Below are positions 36,227 to 48,200 of a stretch of DNA of 64,000 nt, piece after piece. The position numbers and the translations under genes are program-made. The DNA is taken from NCBI GenBank assembly GCA_047495785.1, contig JBLDXI010000059.1:329601-393600 (forward strand), in the 5' to 3' direction. The first letter of the stretch is position 1. Each line of letters begins with the position of its first letter. The stretch is from Lepidodermella squamata. Its lineage: Eukaryota > Animalia > Gastrotricha. The notes under the pieces were generated by a model. That model was not told where the DNA came from, did not search any database, and saw only the letters and a program-made list of their open reading frames with translations.

Positions 36227-39200
36227 ATGAAAGTAAGGTTCAACGCCGCTATGTACCCGCGAATTCACTTGGCGTGCATATACGCTACTGATAAAAAGCT
36301 CGGCTTTGTTGCAGAGGAAACCGCCACGACTTCCATTTCCCTTATCAACGGCTCGACTAAGTACGTTTTTAATTGTTGTATATCCTCCCTTTACTTGCTG
36401 CAATTTACACAGAGATTATGATGGAAAAAACGAACTCGCAGCTTTGGTGGACATTGGTCAGTGCTTGGGCTTGCTTCCTAAAGATGGCACTATTATTCAT
36501 ATCACTGAGGTAAGTATTGATAAATCAAATATCGTTAGGGACGCGCCAAAACAACCACTTAGATGATTCATCGAACATACTTATGAACGTAACGTAATTT
36601 AGCTAGTACGTTCAGTTTTTTCATGACCTGAACATCATTCGGTTTACGATCGACATGCAAGCGATTTTACGAGTCGAGGATAATCAACAAGTAAGATATT
36701 TTACGATTTGAATTTAAAACGCGTGTACGATAGGGTCGTGAACAATGTTTACTGTCTAGATGTACCGTTAACTGGGGTGGCTTTGGGCGGTGGGTTGACT
36801 TTGACGTACCGAAATGGGGTAACTCTATTAGCATCACGTGACCTGAAAAAAACATACAGATCACATGAATTTATTCAATAAACCTTCTCATTATTTTGTT
36901 AGCCAATAACACCAATTTTGAACGTTTATTTGGCCCTAATTGCCTAGTTGAATGTGAGCCTACTTTGTGTCGATGTAATGTAATTTTAAGACAGCAATTT
37001 TTTCACCGGATTTCAGCCTCCTGTCAGGTTAGCCTCATGTTTAAGGTAAAAACAAGAACACAAGAGTAAAAAATTAATTTTAACAAAGCAAAAAATTGTC
37101 TCAGCTCTCTGGAATAGAAAGACATGTCGTCGTGTATAGCGACAATTGCACGGAAATCACAGTGAGCATAGACGAAGTGGCACATGTCGTATAAATGTAC
37201 ATTCTGAGGTAAAGCGAGGTTTTGTATGAACCGGTTAGCCGGCATTTCGTAAACCAAGGTAGAAGGTTTTGTAATACTAAAATCTCGCACCGCTACTTTA
37301 ATATGAGAATATATTGCATCGCGCTTAGGCTAAATTATCACAAATCCTAATATCAATCAACTGTAAAACCAGGCCGCGACAGCTGATTGTCGTTGACAAA
37401 TTTTTGAGCATGGGAACCGCTTTCCCATCAGCGAAAATGTCGCGTACAGAAAAATAATGGTTTTTAATATAGGCAACATGTGCTACGTTGTCCGGGTCTT
37501 TCGGCGACATATTTTCGTATCGAGTAGAGTAGTTAAAGCAGTGCACGATAATTTCGATTCGCTGGGCTCGGGAAGCAGCCAGGATACACTTCTGATCTGC
37601 CCATGTCCTGCCTTTGCTCTGCTCGGCTACTGTTAAAGTGACACAATTTATGACTGAAAACATTTATGATTTATGGAAATGTTGACTTTGATGGGTAAAT
37701 GGCATTTCTACGTCTTCATTTGCGACAACGTCTCCCGCTTCAGGTACGACACTGTTGAATCCTTGAAGCTCGTTGTAATCAAGTTTCATTCGATCTGCGG
37801 TGTTAATTCGGATTTGCTTGACGAGTGCGGGTGAAAGGCACTCTATTGTTTCATCAGCGGAATGTCTTTTTCCATCAGCAAAATGTCATTTTTATCAGCG
37901 TACGAAGTGTTTTTCATCAGCCTACTAAAAAGTGTCACTTTTCATCAGCAAAATGTTTTATTTCATCAGCGGATTGCCAACCTGACGGAACAGCCATCAG
38001 ATTTGGCTGTAATGGCAGATCAACTACAGGGACAATGACTAAAGGGGTGGTACCAGACATTGGCAGAGTCAGGGATAGTCAAGGCTGGGGTTCGATTGAT
38101 TTATAGCGGTTTGCTAATAGTCATGCGATTGCAATCGATTGCCTAGTTGCGAAACATGCTCAACTTCAGCTGAGTACTCATTTGTGTAAGTTACTAACGC
38201 AAAGAAGTGAAGGCTGTACAGTAAATTATTACCGCGCTAGAAGCCACTAATTATTGCTCGCTTTTTGTGACATTCACTATACCTGTGCCGATTTATGTTA
38301 TAATTGAAGAGTATTAAGGCTCTAAAGTTTGCATTTCGCATTAGTTAATCATTTAATCCTTCAATCCACGGGCGAGGCTAAGATACGTGAGGGCGTCCGC
38401 CGCGTGTGACACAGCGCCCAGGTAACTATTTGTTTACCGCCGGAATGATCCACACGGATCAATGGGGCACCATAATGTTGCGGAAAAGGGTAGAAGAAGC
38501 GCTGATGATAAGTACACTTTCTGCCAAAAAGACCCGGCCACGCTAGTTGTTGATGATTCTAGTGGATCTAGGCGATCTATTCAATCGCCTTCATTATAAC
38601 CGATAGATTAGGTACTACATTTTAAGGAGCATTTTGAGCGCAAGAACGAAGAACCACATGATTCTAGCATGAAATTGGCCTAGGTTGGCCAACCAATTAT
38701 TGCTGATATTAGTTATCGATTGATCGATTATCGGTGAATATCCGGGTGGCATCTCTTCTCCAGGTAACAGTTTCTTTCAATTGAGTTAAATAGAAAGAAT
38801 TGATCAACAACGGGACAAAAAATTAGGCAGGTAAGCTAGCTGGCGCTGTTGATTCGGGGCTGCTGATAGAAAATGACATGTCGCTGATAAAAAATGATAT
38901 TATGCTGACATAAAATGACGAAATTTATCGCTGATGAAAAATGATATTTTTTGGCTGATGAAAACCAACATTTCGCTGATGGAAAAAGTTTTCCCCGGGT
39001 GAAATAACTCAAAAATTTGATCACAGAGGGCCTCGTAAAAGCGATCGCCGCGCCCTGCAACATCCTTGAGCATACACCCGACAGGCAGCAGCCGTTCACT
39101 CAAGGTGGCTTGCTGTTTAGCGATCTCTTCGGTTTCCTTGGCCTCCGCTTTAGCTTTCGCTTCGGCACCTTCAAAATCGCCGCTGTAAACGAGCGCCATG

Positions 39201-42200
39201 TCTTCGGCGGGTAGACCGTCTTGTCTATTCCTCCAAGGAAAATAAGCCACATCCAACGGCTGGCTAATATGCGTCGAGGTTGGTGGTAGCAGGGCAAAAT
39301 GAATTCCGTGTTGCTCAACCAAAGCCTTGGTATTGATGTACACCGGTAGATTGTCGCCAATTAACACTTTGTGCCCTCTTTCCTTTTCAAAATACGGGAC
39401 AACAATGGCTTCCAACCAATCGTAAAAGATGTCACTCTCAAACCACCCAGACTTGGTGCAGGTGAAGTGCGTGTCCTCTGGTGCGCAGGCGCTCCAGTTG
39501 GAATATACATGCTTGCTCTTATAGCACACGTACATGGGTAATAAAAATCCGCTGGTGCTACCAGCAACCATCAGAGACGCCGCCGACTTGGACTCCGTCA
39601 TAACTCTGTGAGGAGTTTTGTCGTCCGCGGCAAATATAAGGAACGTCGACCAGGGTCGTCCTGAAGATTTGTTTCGTCATAGTTTACTAGGCAATCTGGC
39701 TCGACGCCGAGCAAAACTACTGCGATGTTGTTGAAGTTTTGACGAAATCTTCAGGCGACAGCATTGCGCGTTTCACATTCAGATTACTGCCGATCTTTTG
39801 TCGAATTCTTTCTCGATTACGATGCTTTCTCGATACGATTTACGATTAATACCAGTACTTAGCTACTACGAAGTGAGCATAGACAACAAATACGATTGAT
39901 TCGTACTAAACTTTTACTTTTAATCTATCCGTGGCGCGTTACTTTCAAGAATTACAGCGAAAAGCAACGCGTTACTTTCGAGGCGATTTTCACCTGCGTT
40001 GTCAAGGAAACACGTCTAATATTAGACTGCCCTACACCTGCTTCCCCTGCTGCTGCTGCTACTGCTTCTGCTGCATATATAGGCGTTATAATAGCAATCA
40101 TAAAAAACGGACGAACTGTTACAGAAAATCATTTATTGGTTTGCAAATTCTTAGGACGACAGATAGACTGGTGGTAACATTAAAAAGAGAACAAGAACAA
40201 GTCTCAGTGATAGTTATTATTGAATTTTGAATTCGGGTGGCGGGTCTTATTGATAGTTGATTGGACATTTACATTTTCGTAACGCGGTCCTGCCTTTAAT
40301 TTTATTAATTCCACCCATTTGTAACGCGTTACTTTTAGTTTCCAACCACAGAACGCGCCACTTTTGTATTTTGTTCATTATCCTTTCTCATGTAACGCGT
40401 TATTTTTGCTTCACTGTATTGGAATTAATACGGTATTCAATTTTCTGGGAACAAAGACTTTTAATCTTCATCAGAGCTATCATCATCAACCGCAGCTTTT
40501 GTTCGCTGTTTCTGCTCTAAAGAGGTTGAACTAGTTTCAGCGTCAACAATGGGTAGAGATTCATGTTTTCCTCATAGCTATTCGGAATTATCGACATCTC
40601 CAGCATGCCCAACAAATCCTTTTTCAAGACTATTTACAAACATCGGGGTTTAGAATACCCCAGACCGGCATCTACAGAGCCGAACAAATCGATTTCACGT
40701 TTTTAACAGCCGGACAACGACGAAAACGTTGTGTTCGGCTGTTAAAAACTTGAAATCACTTCGTTCGGCTGTGTCGATGCCGGTCTGGGAAGCTTCAGGG
40801 GCGGACCATGACATTATGTGACCACCTTTTATGCGGGAAACAACGCCGTCTCCTATTGGTTCATTCAAATACTACGCGGGCGATTCAAATGATCATTTTT
40901 CATTAGAAAAAAGGCTTGGCAACCATATAGCGCTACACTATCTGGACAAAAAGATTGGCACACTGCTTAAAAACACGCGTTTAAGCTATTTTATTGGCCT
41001 AATTCGTTTATATTTAGCCTAAAACCAACTCAAATGAGTGAAATCGATGGACAAAGTGAAAAAGAGTCAATGTAAGCATGGAAAGTCAACCGAGGCCCTA
41101 ATAATTGATGGGCGCGCCCTTGGATTGGATGACCATCTGACAGCGGTTGGGCATGGATTGGTACAGGTTTTCGATGATTTCTTGACCAATAGCGTCCCAT
41201 TCCTCTTCGACGGCCATTTCAAGGTCATCCAGCGAGACTGGCTGTGGAACGCGCTGACGTAGACGCTGTTTCATCACCGCCCAAACATTTTCAATGGGGT
41301 TCAAGTCGGGAGAATAGGCGGGCCAGCTCTTCAAACGTCGCACGCGGTTGCGATTCAGCCAAGCTGTCACGGTTTTGGCGCGGTGAATGGGTGCATTGTC
41401 GTCCATGAATGTTTTCGTGTTGGTTCTTCGTTGAATGCCGGCCGCCGTCAAGATCTGAATGTACTGATTGGCATTGATGCGCCCTTCATCACTTTCTTCC
41501 AGTCTTCGACCGACCAATCCCGGTGTTCTTTGGCCCACTTCAAACGCTTGGATCGATCGGCAGCCGACAAAGCAAGTTTCTTAGCGGCAACTTTGCGCTT
41601 GAAACCGACCGCCTTCAACCGACGAGTTACTGTCTTGGGCGAAATGCGCCTCCTAGGGCTCAGGGTAACGTTAAATGAGGCTAAATAGGGAAGGAATGGA
41701 GCCCAGAGCTTGGAAATGGTCACATCGGGAACCTACCGACCAGCTTTGGAGTCGACATTCTTCTGCTCGACCGCGCCTCTCGGGCTAGTCGACGTAGTCG
41801 AGTCAGTCAACTTCTTGGGACGGCCAGGGCTGGTTCGGCCCTTTATTACCTTACGTTTCTCAAACATTTCAACGATTCTATAGACTGTACGCTTAGGCAA
41901 TCCAAGCCTTTCGGCAATGAAAGGGCATGAAATGCCACCCTCTCGCATACCGATGATTCGGGCTCGAATAGTGGGTGTGTGCATGGTGGATGAATGAATT
42001 CATGTCTAAACTTGAGGTCTATTAAGGACGTGATGGCGCGAAAACAATTTGTGGCATCATAAGTTCCTAGAGCGCGCGAAAGCAACATATGGTCAATTTT
42101 TCACTTATTTTCGCCTTGTGCCAATCTTTTTGTCCAGATAGTGTATATGGCGCTATTTTATCGAAAACGCATGCCAATTGTTGTAAAAACGATCATTTTC

Positions 42201-45200
42201 CACAAAATACAACTGTTTGAATCGCCCGCGTAGTATTTGAATGAACCAATAGGAGACGGCGTTGTTTCCCGCCTAAAAAGTGGTCACATAATGGAGGCTT
42301 TTATGAGGTAATAGCTGCGTAGATCTTCCATGGGCAGTGCGGTCATACCTTGGAGGACACGGAGTAATGACTCGCCTACTAGATAGATCGTATCGAGCAC
42401 GATGAGGGCGCGCGCGAGAAGAGGAAACAAAGCACGTGGGTACCATGTTTTTCGTTAATTTTCATGATATTGAGCTGTGCTTTGGAATTTAGATAGTAGA
42501 AAACGATGTCAAAAGAGGTGTCAAGGTACTTCCGCGCAATGGAACTTAAATCACACATTTTTCCGCACAGGTCAAGTTCTGCACAAGTTTATTTCCGCAC
42601 ATTTTTATTGCCATCGCTATTGCCTTGAAATGTATCCTCGATTAATTACTAATTAGTCCACTAATATGTAAAATATGGTTAATTAGCAGCAAAAACGGCT
42701 TCGACTTCTTCGATCGCCTCAACCCAGCCATCATCGGTCATTGCAGCCTGCGCCCGAGCAGCGGCGATGTCCCAATCTTCGTCGAGTCGGGTAGGACCTC
42801 CTTGATGTCGGCCACGCTTTAGCTCGCAGAATCGAGAAAGGCCATGAAGTCTAATTCGCCCGAATCTAGTTGATCGAATAGGCTGTTGAGGCAGTCGGGA
42901 ACACGAATGTAGCTAGGCGGCGACGGACTTTCGGCGGTTTATTTAGGTTCGCTCGGGTGATTTGCTCTTCACGAATGAGGAGTTCTGATAGGCGCCAAAT
43001 GCCGAGGTGAATGCCATTAGCCAGCGTTTGAATGCGGTAGTTCCAACCTTGGGAATTTTCAAATTAGTAGGCGAAAATGTATGAAAAAAATCGTCTACCT
43101 TCGACGAAATTATTCGTTCGAATATCTTCACGATGAACGTTCCACACAGCGATGCCAATTTTCTCAATCCAGAAGTCTTCAAAATACCCTAGAAACAGTT
43201 TCAGGTTCGGGTCAGCATTAGCAGGAACCGTCAACTTGATCTGCTCAGCCGGAACAACCAAGGTCTGTGGAAGCAAGGCGAGACACATAGTGCGCCTAAC
43301 AACTCGCCGAACTAAAGAGCCATTTACCCCATACTCTGTCTTCAAGCCGTGGTTGTTTACCCATCGAAGTGAAATTGCTGCTTGAAGTGAAATTAACAGC
43401 CTTTGATCGCGACGTCATCGAATTTGACTCTGATAGCTGCAAGAAGGCCGGTTTCAACATCGCAGGTGATCTTAGGAACTCAGCGGCATGTTAACCAGGT
43501 CACTAATCTCCTTCTTGAGAACATCGAAAACTGCGCAGTACAAGTCAAACGACTAGAGCGACATTAAAACGTAGATTCGTCTTTCGTATAAAGTTCGCAG
43601 AATTTTTTAATTTAATCTTTAATTTCACCTGTGCAAAAAACTGCATCATCATCATCATCATAAGCGCGTGCTGTTGAGGCTGTTGTTTTTGAAGTTGCAC
43701 CTGTGGTTGAACTGGAGGTAGCCATTGTTGGGCTAGCGGCTGAGGTATCACTGGCTGCTGAGGTTGCTCCTGCGGCTCCAGCGACGGCGTTTGGGGCAGA
43801 AAAGGATTAGGCTCTTCTATTGGTTGTGGTGGCCATGGTGGAGGCGATGCGAGACGTTCGTCGTCACCCTCGGCCATCGGCGGCAGATTCAGATTTTCGA
43901 GCTGAGTCAAGACAGCATTATTTTCGGCAACAATACCAGGGGCTTCGACTGCAACAGCCGCGGGGGCAGGTGGAGGTGGGAACAATTCCTCTTCGGCAAG
44001 GCCCGGAATGTCGAGCACGGCGTTCAAATCGACTAGCACATGCAGTGGTTGGTCCGCGAACTCAAGCGGTGGTGGTGGTGGTACATCTGCGACTGCTGGC
44101 ACTGCCACATCAGCCTTCTGTTTGGCTCGACGTGTTCTTGGGGGTAGAGCGTAAACATCTTTAATCTGTTTGTTGGATCTCAATGAGCGCGACATGGTTA
44201 ATTAGACGATGTAGAATATGATAGACTGATATACTGGTTACGACTTCAACAACTTCAATTGTGCGGATCTTATTTCCCGCTGGCGGTCTATTTGGATTGT
44301 TAGCCATGTTTAGCATTAATTTATTTATTCAGTTTATCCCTCTTTTTGTCTCAAGTGCTTGGACGAGCGTCGATTCACTTCGGGCTAATCTCTATGAGCG
44401 GAAGTTTTTGTGTGCGGAAAAGTCTTGTGCGGAACTTACCAGTCTCGCTCTGTGCGTAATTAACCAACAAATTACACACTAATGATATGATTTATTACTG
44501 TGCGGAACTACCTGTGCGCAAGTACCCTACCTTCAAAAACGAGACGCTTCGGTACATCTAAAATTATTTGATTCTGACCCAGGGCTATAGGGAGAAACTT
44601 TAAAAAAGTGAGCGCCTATGTTTTTAATGCTGGCGCGCAATACAAAACTTTGCAGTACCGTTTATTCCTTAACGGTAAAAGATATTTAAATAAAAATTGG
44701 GTATAGCACAGTTGCCGAGGAATTATGCAAATTGTTTAGCCAAAACCACCTGCCCTCGATCCAAGGTGCAGCAGATTTTATACAGTCTATTGCCAATTTA
44801 TGTAGTCGCAAGGTGCAGTGTGGCATTTCTTTTAAGTAAAAAAAGTCATAATGGCGTTGGCTAAGCCTTGATTTTAAAGGTTAAGGGTTAAGGCGAAGAT
44901 GTTACTTTCAAATATCGCGTCGGTTTTATACTTACGCGCCGGACGTAATCGATTGTACGTTCAGTATTATTTTACGTTCCGTTAGTAAACAATAATTACA
45001 ATTGTATAGTAACAAATCATTACGTTTGCCGCTGATCGTAATATACAGTTTACGTTCAGCAGCCTGCAGAGCCGATCGTACTTTCTCGAAATGATCTAAA
45101 AATAGTAACTTGGTTGTTTTGGCGCGTCGCTAGCGATATATTCGCTATGGTTTTTAAACGTTTTTTTTTCAGGTCGAACATTGGCTGAACTTCACGTTGA

Positions 45201-48200
45201 GCAACTTGAATCTCAGCGATCCTAATTCCTCTCATTTGTCTTACCTCGACACTCAGCTTGCTTCTAAGAAAGATCTTTATCTAGTCGGTGGTCGGTTAAC
45301 TATCGCTGATCTCGCTTTATTTGCTACACTTGCTAGTTAGTTTTCAAGTTCATAATTCTTTTTCTATTTTATTGATAGCCGTGTTATTTCACAATCAGAA
45401 TATCCTTCGGCGTTTCTCGATTCGTATAGTAACGTGACCAAGTACTTCTGCCATTTGTCTGCAAATAACAAGTCATTCGCCAAATTTGCCGCCGGAAATA
45501 TGACTAATACAACAGAACAACAAGCTCCGGTCGCCAAAGCTGCGGCTAATGCTCCGAAGGCTAGAAAGCAAGAGGGAAAATACATAGAATTGCCTGGTGC
45601 TGAAATCGGCAAAGTCGTTGTTCGTTTCCCTCCCGAAGCTAGTGGCTATCTGCACATCGGTCACGCTAAAGCTGCCCTGCTAAACCAATTCTACCAGCAG
45701 TCATTTCAAGGCAAATTGATTCTACGTTTCGACGACACTAACCCTGCGAAGGAATCTGAACACTTTGAGCAAATCATTTTAGAAGATTTGAAAAAACTCG
45801 GCGTTACGTATGACATGTTCACTCGAACTTCCGGTCATTTCGATAAATTGCTGACCTACTGCGAGCAGCTGATTAAACAAGGCGATGCGTATGTCGACAA
45901 CACCGATGCTGAAACTATGAGGAAAGAGCGTGAATTGCGCCAGGAGTCAGTTTGCCGCGGCGCTACAGTTGAGCAAAATCTGAAATTATGGGAAGAGATG
46001 AAGAAAGGCAGCGAGATTGGGCAAAAGTGCTGCGTTCGTGCGAAAATTGACATGAAAAGTGACAACGGATGCCTACGTGACCCAACGTTGTACCGCTGCA
46101 AAAATGAAGAGCACGTGTCCACCGGAACTAAATACAAGGTTTACCCCACGTACGACTTCGCCTGCCCTGTTGTCGATAGCATTGAAGGCGTGACCCATGC
46201 CCTTCGTACCACCGAGTACCACGATCGTGACGACCAGTATTACTGGATTATTCAAAAACTGGGTCTTCGTAAACCACATATCTGGGAATACAGCCGTCTT
46301 AATCTGCAGAATACAGTCATGTCTAAGCGGAAATTGACGTGGTTGGTTGATAATGGCTACGTTTCTGGATGGGATGATCCTCGCTTGCCGACTGTTCGAG
46401 GCGTTTTCCGCCGTGGTATGACCGTTGAGGGTCTGAAAGAGTTCGTTATTGCTCAAGGCTCGTCAACCAAGGTGGTCACCATGGACTGGAGCAAGATTTG
46501 GGCGTTCAATAAGCAAGTTATCGACCCGATTGCTCCTCGCTTTGTCGCGATTTTGAAGGACAATGTTGTTGAAGTTAATGTTGAGGGTGCTGAAGAAGCG
46601 TCGAAGAAAATGCCGAAACACCCGAAAAACGAGTCTGTCGGCGAGAAGACCGTTTGGTATTCGAAAAAATTGGTTCTCGATCAAGCCGATGCCGCTGCGC
46701 TGAAAGAAGGCGAAATCGCGACTTTCGTCAATTGGGGCAATGTTGTTGTCAAAAAGATCAAGAAGTCTGCTAAAGCCGACGCTGCTATCGAGTCGATGGA
46801 TATAAAGTTGAATTTGGAGAATACCGACTACAAAAACACCCAAAAATTCACGTGGTTGGCGCAAACACCATCTGCTCCTCTTATTCCGACTGTTTGCGTT
46901 CATTTTGGCCCGATTTTGTCGAAGCCAGTTCTCGGCAAGGATGACGACTTTAAGGATTGCGTCAACACCGATTCGCTTTTCAAGTTCGAAATGCTGGGCG
47001 AACCTGGTCTGGCTGAGCTGAAGAAGGGCGATATCATTCAGTTGATGCGCCGTGGCTATTACATTGTTGACGAACCCTACCAGGCTCCAGAGTAAGTCCT
47101 ACTTTGTTTTCCAGACTATAGCGAACAATTATTAAGGTGGCATTTTTCATCTCCTTGAATTAAAATTTGCTATCGATTTATAAAGTTGCCTAAATTTTTA
47201 AATGACGTATTTCAAATTAGCAGGTAATACGTTTTAGAAGGCTTTGATTACATGCACTTGTTACCTGGCGAAAACACGTGGTTGTGGGGCAGCACTACAT
47301 TGCTACCACTCTAGTTCGCAATATTTATGTCATTCTAATGTCTGTATTTGAACTGTAGCCCCAACACTTGCAAAGCACATCCGTGCGTCCTCTTCCATGT
47401 ACCTGACGGTCATACGAAAGAACTGCCAACTGCGGTGACCGTCGGCAGCGCCGCATCGACAAACAACAACAAGCCAGCTGAAGCCGCCAAGAAAGACGCT
47501 GCTCCAGTTTCTGGTTCAGGCGATGCGATAAACGCGAAAATCGCCGAGCAGGGCAACAAAATTAGACAACTGAAGCAAAACAAAGCTGCCAAGGTGTCTA
47601 CTCTAGTTTCCCCCATTCGCTTGCTGTTTTGTTTGCAATCCCCACAAAATAACTTCGAATTCTTTATTATTACTAACATTTCACCCCTTAACCTGATTTT
47701 TCATTCTAGGTTCGCTAATTTCTCCATTTTCTATGTGTTGTATAGGCTGTTATTGACGCTGAAGTACAGGCCCTCCTTGCGCTCAAGGCTGAATACAAAA
47801 AAGTCACTGGTCAAGATTGGACGCCGCCCCCTGCCGATTCCGCTAAGAAACCCGCTGAGCCTGCTAAAAAAGCCGCTGAACCCGCCAAACAAGCGACAAT
47901 GACAGTTGGAAACCCTGAAGTTGTTGACAAGCTGAACGATGATATCGCCAAGCAGGGCGACAAGATCCGTCAATTGAAGACTGATAAAGCTGACAAGGTA
48001 TGATTTTGGATCTAAATAATTGGAACAATAGAATCGAGGCTCCTGCCCTAAATTTAAGCGTCCAAATTCCGTTTCTTTGCGATTTCACTTTTCTTAATTG
48101 TTACTGATGGCTTCCATGACCCGGAAATGTATTAATATAGCTACCTGGTAGTCCGCAAGGGTTCGCAAAATGGCGCACGCGAGGCCTTAGATCTGACTCT

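Noticed and set aside
37845-38990. Regularly spaced ~21-bp repeats resembling a CRISPR-like array (also 55143-55655)
   Set aside because: Eukaryotic context, no unique spacers, arrays inverted at element ends; these are subterminal TE repeats.
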